Assembly (NCBI GenBank): GCA_964016885.1 | Contig: OZ024742.1 | Coordinates: forward strand, 11,160,001 to 11,224,000 | From: Eledone cirrhosa | Lineage: Eukaryota | Reading direction: 5' to 3' | Length of the DNA: 64,000 nucleotides | Shown: positions 38,150 to 49,400 of the stretch, piece by piece | How positions within the stretch are numbered: the first letter of the stretch is position 1 | How the letters are laid out: every line of letters begins with the position of its first letter | Position numbers and translations under genes: made by a program | The notes under the pieces: generated by a model | What the model was told of the DNA's origin: nothing | What the model saw: only the letters and a program-made list of their open reading frames with translations | The model's database searches: none

Positions 38150-41100
38150 TAGTTGCATTTATCTTCCTTTATGTTCATACGAGTTATCACGAAGTCACAA
38201 CCAGTGACCTCAAGAGACAACAAGGTCCGTCATGTTCAAGAAAGAACATACATACACACACATGCATCTTTAGGTGTTTAGACTTGTGATGTACTTATAT
38301 TGACAGAATCTTCCTAAGTATATGGGCAGTTCCCATTAGTATTATCTTTTTGTATTTCTCCTATACGCGGGTTTCCTGGGATTTGCGATAAGTAATCATT
38401 AAACCCCTTAGGTATCATTCCTGTTTTAGTTCTCAATTTCCACATTTTTCCAATTTCTATCTCCACGTCCTTATACTTGCTCAATTATTCAAATGTTTTT
38501 TCTAGATACATTCTTGTCTATTGGAACGGACATATCAATTAGCAGGCATACCCTCTTTTTAAAGTCCTTCAGTATTATATCAGGTCTATTTGCATCTATT
38601 TTTCGATCTGTTTGGATGCTAAAGTTCCACAAGATTGAGATGTGATCTTTTTCAAGTATTCGGAGGTGGTTGATGCTCCCACCAATTCTTTTGATGGGAC
38701 AGGTAAGAAATACTTACACATTATCCAATGTATGTATTGTGCAGCTCTGTCATGCCTGTTTATGTATTCGGTTGGAGCTATAGGACTGCACATTGAAATT
38801 ATATGATCAATGGTCTCTGGTTGTTTTTTTTACATACACGGCATAATGGGCTGCATCCATTTTTATTATGTTGGCTTGGGAATTTTTTGTTGGCAGACAC
38901 TGATCTTGTGCTGATATAATCAGTCCTTCAGTATCCGATTTCAGTCCAGAGGATGCCAACCACTGATGGGTTAAAGTTTTGTCAACATCAGGATTGTTAG
39001 CGCTTTCTGGGTATTTTCCATACAGAGGCTTTTCTTGCTATTTCTTATCCATTTTCTGTAGCAGTTCTTTCTTTGCAGTTACTTTTACCGGCTTTGCTTT
39101 TTCTGTGTTTTTCATTTCAGCAGTAAATGGAACTTTTGAAATTTGTAGTCCATTACTGTATCTTTGTGCATCTTTTGTAATGGAGTATGATCTTTTGATG
39201 CTTTCGTGTTTCAAAACGAGTTTGATCATCCAATCATGTGATTCCCTTAGATATGTAGATAATCAAATTGTTGCAGTTTTCAACGCAATGTCTAACTGGA
39301 TTAACCCACGTCCTCCTTTCCTAGAGAGATATATTCTATCTGTATCTGCTTTTGGGTGATGCATTCTGTGCATGGTTAAGAATTTTCTTATTTTTGTATC
39401 GAGCCTACGGATCTCTGTGCTTGACCAGTTGATGACATTGTAACTGTAGGTTACTACTGGTATGGCAAGCGTGTTTATGGCATCGATCCTATTCCTTGCA
39501 TTCAATTCCGTTCTTAAGATTGATCTTACTCTGCGGTAACATTCCTTCCTTATCCTTTCCCTCATTGTCGAGTGCTTGATTCCGTCTCCTTCACAAACAC
39601 ATAGATATTTGTAAGTTTCCTCTTGATCAAGTTCTCTTATCACATTCCCCCGATCAAGATTAATGTCTGAACTTTTCAGCAGCTGTTTTGGCGCATTTAT
39701 CTAGTCCAAATTCCATTTTAATGTTATCACTGAACTGCTCCACAGTGGATAATTGTTCATCATTTTTTGCAAATAGTTTCAGGTCATCCATGTAGAACAA
39801 GTAATTAATGGTTTTGTCATAGACTTTATATCCATGTTTTGTTTCATTGAGCATTTTACTTAATGGTATAAGCGCGATTCAGAATAAAAGCGGTGATAAA
39901 GAGTCACCCTGAAAAATTCCACAATTAATATTAACTTCTCCAGCTCCCAGTGATTTTTTTTCACTATTCAAAAGGAGTGTCGTTTTCCATGTCTTCATAC
40001 TGAATGACAGGAACCTCCTGACAGCGGGAGATATTTTGAAAATCTCTAAGCATTTTTCAATCCAACTGTGTGGCAAACTATCGAATGCTTTTTTATAATC
40101 TATCCAAGCAATGGATAGATTTTTGTGTCTATTATGACAATCTTCCAGTATCATTTTGTTAACCAAAAGCTGATCCTTAGAGCCATATGAGCCCCGTTTA
40201 CACCCTTTCTGCTCAATGGGAAATAGGTCATTAGTTATCAGATGGTCATATGTATATTCAGTTAGGACTGATGTTAAAATGTTATACATTGTGGTCAATC
40301 AAGTTATCGGTCTGTAATTTGTGGGATTGTTTGTCTCATCATTCTTCGGAAGCAGGAATGTAATGCCGTTAACTAGCCATGATGGTATCTTTTCTGGCTC
40401 CTTAACTATTTCATTGTAAAGTTGGGCTAACAGCTCATGAGACTCTGTGAAGGCATTTATCCAAAAATTTGATATTTTGTCTTTTCCTGGGTATTTCCAT
40501 TTGCTGGTTTTTCTAAGAGCCAAACGCAACTGTTCAACTGTTATATTTTCCCATATTTGTTCCTCTTTCATGGGGCATGTATATTATGAACTTTTTCTTC
40601 GGCCCAGATCTTTTCCCAGAATTCTTGCACTTCCTCCTTGGGTGGTATTGATTTAGCAGTTATTGTTGACTTGCCAATTTTTCTGTAGAAGTTTCTTTGT
40701 TTGTTTTTGAACATATTATTGTCCTTATAGAATCTAGATCGTTTTTCAAAGCGCCTTATACGAGCAGCTTTGGCCGACACTTTTTGCTTGATTATTTCTA
40801 TCAGCATGTCTATGTCACTTATTGATTTTATACTGTATTTCCTTTTCAATTTTCTAAGTTTAGTTTGTTTAACATGTTCACCTACTTTGTAGTTTGTTAA
40901 AATGTCTATGTCAGATCGGAGAAGGTTTGTTTGGTGATTGATGTTCTCTTGCCAAGTAGATTTCTTGTGGGAATTCCTTTGTTTTGTCATTTTCACTCCA
41001 CATAAGTGAGTGGTGACTTTAGCCGATGCATAATAGAGATGATTTAAATCAGTAATGTTTAGTTTGTTTGTGATGATAAATTTTTTGAGAATTATGTTAG

Positions 41101-41360
41101 TCTTGTGTATTATCTTTTTGTTCTGTTTGGAGTTCTGGATCTTAGGGAGAGTGTCTCGTTCCCCCATGTCAGATTCTTTCATTTTCATCCATTCGATCAT
41201 AATTTCATCCTTCAAGTTAGCAAGTTCATTCTCATTCATTTCTTTATCATTTACGATCTCATTGTTTTCATTTTGAATTTCATCATGGGCATGCACTCCC
41301 TCCATTTTTTCGATCCTTTCTTTAATTTGTTCTGTTGTCAGTGATTCCGCCCCAACCCTG
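38150..41360 (-). mobile_element. R4/Dong-clade non-LTR retrotransposon, decayed, inserted in (TAA)n
   Basis: RT motifs NYRPIT, EQKGC, WIDYKKAFDS, GIFQGDSLSP, YMDDLK, FGLDKC, HPKAD..GGRGL; CCHC CRVC...ETIDHIISMC; RHD; NRPD; terminal LMGTAHILR. (TAA)n on both sides matches the known Dong target. Confidence 0.9.
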
Positions 41361-41406
41361 TATTATTATTATTATTATTATTACTATATATATATATAAT
41401 TATATA

Positions 41407-41603
41407 AGAAAATGTTCAGGACCTCAACGGCAGAGCTCAAGGCGTTTCGACAGCTATTTCTACTCAGTCCAGAAATAACCGTCGAAACGGCTTGGGCTCT
41501 GCCGTCGGGGTCTAAGATTTTCCTATTACCCACTCTACTACCCAAACTATCGAGTACTCTGGTGCGTTATGGTCCACCTGGTTCCTTACCACACTTCCTT
41601 CGT
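41407..41603 (+). mobile_element. Snap-back mini-element (palindrome plus tail)
   Basis: Same family as 4974; GAAACggc...gccGTCgggg. Confidence 0.7.
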
Positions 41604-41635
41604 TATATATATATATATATATATAGATACATATA

Positions 41636-41673
<38 letters not shown>

Positions 41674-41676
<3 letters not shown>

Positions 41677-41773
41677 AGTCCTGTCTCTTTTCCGATTACG
41701 AACTCTACTACAATATGCATCGAGTACTCTGGTGCGTTATGGTCCACCTGGTATCTTACCACACCTTCTTTGT
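41674..41773 (+). mobile_element. Tail-only copy of the snap-back family
   Basis: actctactac...atcgagtactctggtgcgttatggtccacctgg between (TA)n. Confidence 0.65.
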
Positions 41774-41806
<33 letters not shown>

Positions 41807-41854
41807 GTATATATGTATATATATGTAATCTGAGTGTTTCGAATATTAATAATT

Positions 41855-42104
41855 GTTTTTACGTTAGGCACAAGACCAGCAATTACCCAGTACATTACTG
41901 GTACTTTATTTTATCGACCCCGTAAGGATGAAAGGCAAAGTACACCTTGGCGGGATTTGAACTCAGAATGGCAAGGGCCGTAACTCTATACGTCAAAGCA
42001 TGGCGTCCGTCCCTCTACCAATACTGCCAATCCACCGCCCTTTCGAATATTAATAATTGTTTCTACTTTAGGCACAAGGCCAGACATTACCCAGTGCATT
42101 ACTG
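41855..42104 (-). mobile_element. tRNA-derived SINE, family 1, plus a partial second 3' end
   Basis: Reverse complement of the 9070 copy. tttcgaatattaataattgtt is duplicated at 41837 and 42041. Confidence 0.75.
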
Positions 42105-42206
42105 AACATCCGATTCGTTTGCAATTTTGCAAATAAGCCTCAATTTTATAGCCATTTCAGTAGAATGAACACTTCATTCTTACCCTTTTGTTGGCATGCG
42201 AACGGA

Positions 42207-42252
42207 ACTGCAGACACTAATGTTTCTGGGTATCACCGTTCATCAGTACAGT
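42207..42252 (-). ncRNA. Type-I hammerhead ribozyme
   Basis: actgta-CUGAUGA-acggt gat accca-GAAA-ca ttag tg-UC-tgcagt. Confidence 0.7.
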
Positions 42253-42492
42253 AGAGCAACATTTTCTTTTTTATTTGAATCTGGCAAAGCCGGCCATTTA
42301 TCGCTCGTATACCGGAAACTGACTGGCCAGTCTGCTGATATGCAAATCTGGCTGATCAGAGGATCTGCTAATATGCAGATCTGTCTGATCAGCCAATGTG
42401 TTAATATGCAAATCAGGCCGATCAGTCACTGTGTATTTTTGAAAATAGCATATATTTTCACTAGGTCTGACAGTTTGGCATGTGAACAGTGA

Positions 42493-42538
42493 GCTGTACT
42501 GATGAAGGGTGATACCCAGAAACATTAGTGTCTCCAGC
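42493..42538 (+). ncRNA. Type-I hammerhead ribozyme
   Basis: gctgta-CUGAUGA-agggt gat accca-GAAA-ca ttag tg-UC-tccagc. Confidence 0.7.
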
Positions 42539-42711
42539 TCTGTTTACGTGCCAACACAAGAGCAATAATGAAGTGTTCATTCTACTGACATGGCTATAAA
42601 ATTGAGGCTTATTTACAAAATTGCAAACGAATCGAATGTTATTATTAATATTCGAAAGACTCAGATTACATTTATTGTATTCAGCCATGTAGAGCGAAAT
42701 GTTCTCTTATT

Positions 42712-42807
<96 letters not shown>

Positions 42808-42949
42808 GGAAATCTTTTTTAGCCATCTAGCATTAACACTGGCATGCACAAAAACTTTGTAACTTTAAAATGCCTTAAGCCAGTATATATATATACATAT
42901 ATGTATTAATTCAAATGTTAACAAAATAGATGTTCTTGTGATCAATTAA

Positions 42950-43015
42950 ATTTTATTACACATATTTCAGAGGTACTTGAATCAAGTTCAACAGTACGTC
43001 CTCATCAGATAAAAT
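42950..43015 (-). ncRNA. Type-I hammerhead ribozyme with minimal stem III (PLE end 42900-43424)
   Basis: attttat-CUGAUGA-ggacgtac..ttgaa/ttcaa gtacctct-GAAA-tatgtg-UA-ataaaat. Confidence 0.6.
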
Positions 43016-43424
43016 AAAATGATACATGACATACCCTGACATGTTAGATGGTTAAGATTTAATCACGGTAGTGATTAACTTATGAGAAATCTCTATATTT
43101 ATACCCTAATATTGAGAACATGGGAAAACGTAATAGAATCAATAGAGAGAGTGTGAGTTAGAAAGACATTGCCTTAATGCAACAGTTATAGAGTTTTTTA
43201 AATCTGAAATACTACTATAGGACTATAGAGGGAGACGTATCTGGAGTTATAATTTATTTAGTTTTTAGCTTGAGAATGCAACCTACAGAAAATTAAAGGG
43301 AGGGAGAGATAAAGGGGAGTCATTTATGCTCAACTTTTCTTCGGACCCTTATAAACATGTATAGCCTTGGCGGTTAAATTTCAAAATATTTAATTTATGT
43401 TATTTTAGGGATACATTTTGAGCA

Positions 43425-46400
43425 TGTAGTGTGGTGTGGTGTCCTGTAGTGTGGTGTGGTGTGGTTAAGTGTGGTGTGGTGTGATGTGGTGTGGTATGGT
43501 GTGGTGTGGTGTAGTGTGATGTGGTGTAGTGTGGCGTAGTGTAGTATGGTATGGTGTGGTGTAGTGCGGTGTGGTGTAGTGTGGCGTAGTGTAGTGTAGT
43601 GTGGTGTGGTGTAGTGTGGTGTGGTGTAGTGTGGTGTGGTGTGGTGTGGTGTGGTGTAGTGTGGTGTGGTGTGCTGTAGTGTGGAGTGGTGTGGTGTGGT
43701 TTAGTGTGGTGTGGTGTGATGTGGTGTGGTGTGGTGTGGTATGGTGAGCTGTAGTATGGTGTGCTGTAGTGTGGAATGGTGTGGTGTTGTGTGGTGTGGT
43801 GTGGTGTGGTGTGGTATGGTGTGGTGTGGTGGGGGTGTGGCATGGTGTAGTGTGGTGTGGTGTAGTGTAGTATAGTGTGGTGTGGTGTTGTGTGGTGTGG
43901 TGTAGTGTGGTGTAGTGTCGTGTAGTGCAGTGTGGTGTGGTGTGTTGTAGTGTGGTGTGGTGCGGTGTGGTGTAATGTGGTGTGGTATGGTGTGGTGTAG
44001 TGTGGTATGGTGTAGAGTTGTGTGGTGTAGTGTAGTGTGGTGTAGTGTGGTGTAGTGTGGTGTGGTGTAGTGCGGTGTAGTGTGGTGTGGTGTAGTGTGG
44101 TGTGGTGTAGTGTAGTGTGGTGTAGTGTGATGTGGTGTAGTGTAGTGTAGTGTGGTGTAGTGTGGTTTAGTGTAGTGTAGTGTTGTATGATATGTGTGGT
44201 GTGGTGTGGTGTAGTGTGGTGTAGTGTGGTGTAGTGTAGTGTAGTGCTGTATGATATGGTGTGGTGAGGTGTAGTGTGGTGTGGTGTATTGTAGTGTAGT
44301 GTAGTGTAGTGTAGTGTAGTGTAGTGTAGTGTAGTGTGATGTAGTGTAGTGTGGTGTAGTGTGGTGTTTTGTAGTGTAGTGCTGTATGATATGATGTGGT
44401 GTGGTGTGGTGTGGAGTGGTGTAGTGTGGTATGACGTGGTGTAGTGTGGTGTAGTGTGGTGTAGTGTGGTGTGGTATAGTGTGGTGTAGTGTGGTATAAT
44501 GTAGTGTGGTGTGGTGTAGTGTAGTGTAGTGTAGTGCTATATGATATGGTGTGGTGTGGTGTGGTGTGGTGTTGTGTGTTGTAGTGTAGTGTGGTGTAGT
44601 ATGGTGTGGTGTAGTGTAGTGTAGTGCTATATGATATGGTGTGGTGTAGTATGGTGTGGTGTAGTGTAGTGTAGTGTAGTGTGGTGTAGTGTGGTGTAGT
44701 GTGGTGTAGTGTAGTGTAGTGTAGTGTAGTGCTGTATGATATAGTGTGCTGTGCTGTGGTGTGCTGTGGTGTGGTGTAGTGTGGTGTGGTGTAATGTAGT
44801 GTGGTGTAGTGTGGTGTGGTGTAGTGTAGTGTGGTGTAGTGTGGTTTAGTGTAGTGTAGTGCTGTATGATATGTGTGGTGTGGTGTGGTGTAGCGTGGTG
44901 TAGTGTGGTGTAGTGTGGTGTAGTATGGTGTAGTGTAGTGTAGTGCTTTATGATATGGTGTGGTGAGGTGTAGTGTGGTGTAGTGTGGTGTAGTGTGGTT
45001 TAGTGTAGTGTAGTGCTGTATGATATGTGTGGTGTGGTGTGGTGTAGTGTGGTGTGGTATAGTGTGGTGTAGTGTGGTGTGGTATAGTGTGGTGTAGTGT
45101 GGTATAATGTAGTGTTGTGTGGTGTAGTGTGGTGTAGTGTAGTGTAGTGTAGTGCTATATGATATGGTGTGGTGTGGTGTGGTGTTGTGTGTTGTAGTGT
45201 AGTGTAGTGTAGTATGGTGTGGTGTAGTGTAGTGTAGTGTAGTGTAGTGTAGTGTGGTGTAGTGTGGTGTAGTGTAGTATGATATGGTGTGCTGTGCTGT
45301 GGTGTGCTGTGGTGTGGTGTAGTGTGGTGTGGTGTAATGTAGTGTGGTGTAGTGTGGTGTGGTGTAGTGTAGTGTGGTGTAGTGTGGTTTAGTGTAGTGT
45401 AGTGCTGTATGATATGTGTGTTGTGGTGTGGTGTGGTGCAGTGTGGTGTAGTGTGGTGTAGTGTGGTGTATTATGGTTTAGTGTAGTGTAGTGCTGTATG
45501 ATATGGTGTGGTGAGGTGTAGTGTGGTGTGGTGTGGTGTAGTGTGGTTTAGTGTAGTGTAGTGCTGTATGATATGTGTGGTGTGGTGTGGTGTGGTGTGG
45601 TGTAGTATGGTGTAGTGTGTTGTAGTGTGTTGTAGTATGGTGTAGTGTAGTGTAGTGCTGTATGATATGGTGTGGTGAGGTGTAGTGTGGTGTGGTATAT
45701 TGTAGTGTAGTGTAGTGATGTATGATATGGTGTGGTGTGGTGTGGCGTGGTGTAGTGTAGTGAAGTGTAGTACTGTATGATATGGTGTGGTGTGGTGTAG
45801 TGTGGTGTGGTATGGTGTAGTGTGGTATAGTGTAGTCTGTTGTAGTCTAGTGTGGTGTAGTGTGGTGTAGTGTAGTGTAGGGTAGTCCTGTATGATATGG
45901 TGTGGTGTGTTGTGGTGTAGTGTAGTGTGGTGTGTTGTAGTGTGGTGTGGTGTGGTGTAGTGTAGTGTGGTGTGGTGTGGTGTAGTTTGGTGTGGTGTGG
46001 TGTAGTGTGTTGTGGTATGGTGTGGTGAGGTGTATTGTACTGTGGTGTGGTGTAGTGTAGTGTGGTGTAGTGTAGTGTGGTGTATTGTGGTGTAGTGTAG
46101 TGCTGTATGATATGGTGCGGTGTGGTGTAATGTGGTGTCATGTAGTGTAGTGTGGTGTGCTGTGGTGTGGTGAAGTGTGGTGTGGTGTGGTGTGGTTTAA
46201 TGTAGTGTGATGTGGTTTGGTGTAGTGTGGTGTAGTGTGGTGGGTGTCGTTTGGTGTGGTGTAGTGTGATGTAGTATAGTGTGGTGTAGTTAGGTGTGGT
46301 GTGGTATAGTGTAGTATGGTGTGGTGTGGTGTGGTGTGGTGTAGTGTAGTGTGGTATAGTGTGGTGTGGTATAGTGTGGTGAAGTGTAGTGTAGTGTAGT

Positions 46401-49400
46401 GTAGTGCTGTATGATATTGTGTGGTGTGGGCTGGTGAACTGTGGTATGGTGTGGTGTATTGTGTTGTAGTGTAGTGTGGTGTAGTGCTGTATGATATGGT
46501 GTGGTGTGGTGTTGTGTAGTGTGGTTTACTGTGGTGTAGTGTGGTGTAGTATGGTGTAGTGTAGTGTAGTGTTGTATGATATGGTGTGGTGTGGTGTAGT
46601 GTAGTGTGGTGTGCTGTACTGTGGTGTAGTGTGGTATAATGTAGTGTGGTGTGGTGTCGTGTGGTGTAGTGGGGTGTAGTGTAGTGTAGTGTGGTGTAGT
46701 ATGGTGTGGTGTAGTTTAGTCTAGTGTAGTGTGGTGTAGTGTGGTTCAGTGTAGTGTAGTGCTGTATGATATGGTGATGTGTGGTGGGTGTAGTGTGGTG
46801 TAGTGTGGTGCAGTGTGGTGTAGTATGGTGTAGTGTAGTGTAGTGCTGTATGATATGGTGTGGTGTGGTGTTGTGTGGTGTAGTGTGGTGTAGTGTGGTG
46901 TAGTGTGGTGTAGTATGCTGTAGTGTAGTGTAGTGCTGTATGATATGGTGTGGTGTGGTGTGGTGTAGTGTGGTGTAGTGTGGTGTAGTGTGGTGTAGTG
47001 TGGTGTAGTGTGGTGTAGTGTGGTGTAGTGTGGTGTAGTGTGGTGTAGTATGGTGTAGTGTAGTGTAGTGCTGTATGATATGATGTGGTGTAGTGTAGTG
47101 CTGTATGATATGGTATGGTTTGGTGTGGCGTGGTGTAGTGTTATGTGGTGTATTGTAGTGTACTGTTGTGCTGTATGATATGGTGACGTGTGGTGTAGTG
47201 TGGTGTCGTGTGGTGTAGTGTGGTGTCGTGTGGTGTCGTGTGGTGTCGTGTATTGTGGTGTAGTGTTTTGTGGTGTAGTGTGGTGTTTTGTAGTGTAGTG
47301 TAGTGCTGTATGATATGGTGTGGTGTGGTGTGGAGTGGTGTAGTGTGGTGTGGCTTGGTGTAGTGTGCTGTAGTGTAGTGTAGTGTAGTGTGGTATAGTG
47401 TGGTGTATGATATGGTTTAGTGTAGTGTAGTGTAGTACTGTATGATATGGTGTGGTGTAGTGTGGTGTTGTGGTGAAGTGTGGTGTTGTGTAGTGTAGTG
47501 CTGTATGATATGGTGTGGTGTGGTGGGTGTAGTGTGGTGTGGTGTGGTGTAGTGTAGTGTAGTGTAGTGCTGTATGATAAAGTGTGGTGTGGTGTGGTTT
47601 AGTGTAGTCTGGTGTGGTGTAGTGTGGTTTGGTGTTGTATAGTGTAGTGTTACGTGGTGTGTTGTAGTTTGGTGTGGTGTGATGTAGTGTGTTGTGGTAT
47701 GGTGTGGTGAGGTGTAGTGTGGTGTGGTGTAGTTTGGTGTGGTGTGGTGTAGTGTAGTGTGGTGTAGTGTAGTATGGTGTGGTTTAGTGTGGTGTAGTGC
47801 TGTATGATATGCTGTGGTGTGGTGTTGTGTGGTGTCGTGTAGTGTAGTGTGTTGTGCTCTGGTGTGGTGTGGTGTGGTGTGGTGTGGTGTGGTGTGGTGT
47901 GGTGTGGTGTGGTGTGGTGTAGTGTGGCGTAGTGTAGTGTAGTGTGGTGTGGTGTGGTGTAAGGTGGTGTGGTGTGGTGTAGTGTGGTGTGGTCTGGTGT
48001 GGTGCGGTGTAGTGTAGTGTGGTGTGGTGTGGTGTGGTGTAGTGTAGTGTGGTGTGGTGTAGTGTGGTGTGGTGTAGTGTGGTGTAGTGTAGTGTAGTGC
48101 TGTATGATATGGTGTGGTGTGGTGTAGTGTGGTTTCGTGTACTGTAGTGTGGTGTACTTTGGTGTGGTGTGGTGTGGTGTGGTGTGGTATGGTGTAGTGT
48201 GGCGTAGTGTAGTGTAGTCTGGTGTGGTGTGGTGTAAGGTGGTGTGGTGTGGTGTAGTGTGGTGTAGTGTGGTGTGGTCTGGTGTGGTGTGGTGTGGTGT
48301 AGTGTAGTGTGGTGTGGTGTGGTGTAGCGTAGTGTGGTGTGGTTTATTGTAGTGTGTGGTGGTGTAGTGTGGTGTGGTGTAGTGTAGTGTTGTATGGTGT
48401 GGTGTAGTGTGGTGTGGTGTGGTGTGGTGTGCTGTAGTGCAGTGTGTTGTGGTGTTTTGTGGTGTAGTGTAGTGTAGTGTAGTGAGGTGTGGTGTGGTGT
48501 AGAGTAGTGTGGTGTAGTCTGGTGTGGTGTAGTGTGGTGTGGTATAGTGTGGTGTAGTGTAGTGCTTTATGATATGGTGTGGTGCGGTGTGGTGTGTGGT
48601 ATGGTGTGGTGCAGTGTAGTGTGGTGTAGTGTGGTATAGTGTAGTGTGGTGTGGTGTGGTCTAGTTTGGTGTGGTGTGGTGTAGTGTAGTGTGGTGTAGT
48701 GTAGTATGGTGTGGTTTAGTGTGGTGTAGTGTAGTGCTGTATGATATGCTGTGGTGTGGTGTTGTGTGGTGTCGTGTAGTGTAGTGTGTTGTGCTCTGGT
48801 GTGGTGTGGTGTGGTGTGGTGTGGTGTGGTGTGGTGTGGTGTGGTGTGGTGTAGTGTGGCGTAGTGTAGTGTAGTGTGGTGTGGTGTGGTGTAAGGTGGT
48901 GTGGTGTGGTCTGGTGTGGTGCGGTGTAGTGTAGTGTGGTGTGGTGTGGTGTAGTGTAGTGTGGTGTGGTATAGTGTGGTGTGGTGTAGTGTGGTGTAGT
49001 GTAGTGTAGTGCTGTGTGATATGGTGAGGTGTGGTGTAGTGTGCTTTCGTGTAGTGTAGTGTGGTGTGCTCTGTTGTGGTGTGGTGTGGTGTGGTATGGT
49101 GTAGTGTGGCGTAGTGTAGTGTAGTGTGGTGTGGTGTGGTGTGGTGTAAGGTGGTGTGGTGTGGTGTAGTGTGGTGTGGTGTGGTGTGGTGTGGTGTGAT
49201 GTAGTGTAGTGTGGTGTGGTGTGGTGTAGCGTAGTGTGTGGTGGTGTAGTGTGGTGTGGTGTAGTGTAGTGTTGTATGGTGTGGTGTAGTGTGGTGTGGT
49301 GTGCTGTAGTGTGGTGTGGTGTGGTGTATTGTAGTGCAGTGTGGTGTGGTGTTTTGTGGTGTAGTGTAGTTTAGTGTAGTGTAGTGAGGTGTGGTGTTGT

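Larger units (their letters stand above)
42105..42640. mobile_element. MITE-like element with ~148-bp inverted arms, each holding an outward-facing hammerhead
   Basis: 42105-42252 matches 42493-42640 in reverse. Internal ~27-bp repeats (ctgctgatatgcaaatctggctgatcag). Confidence 0.7.
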
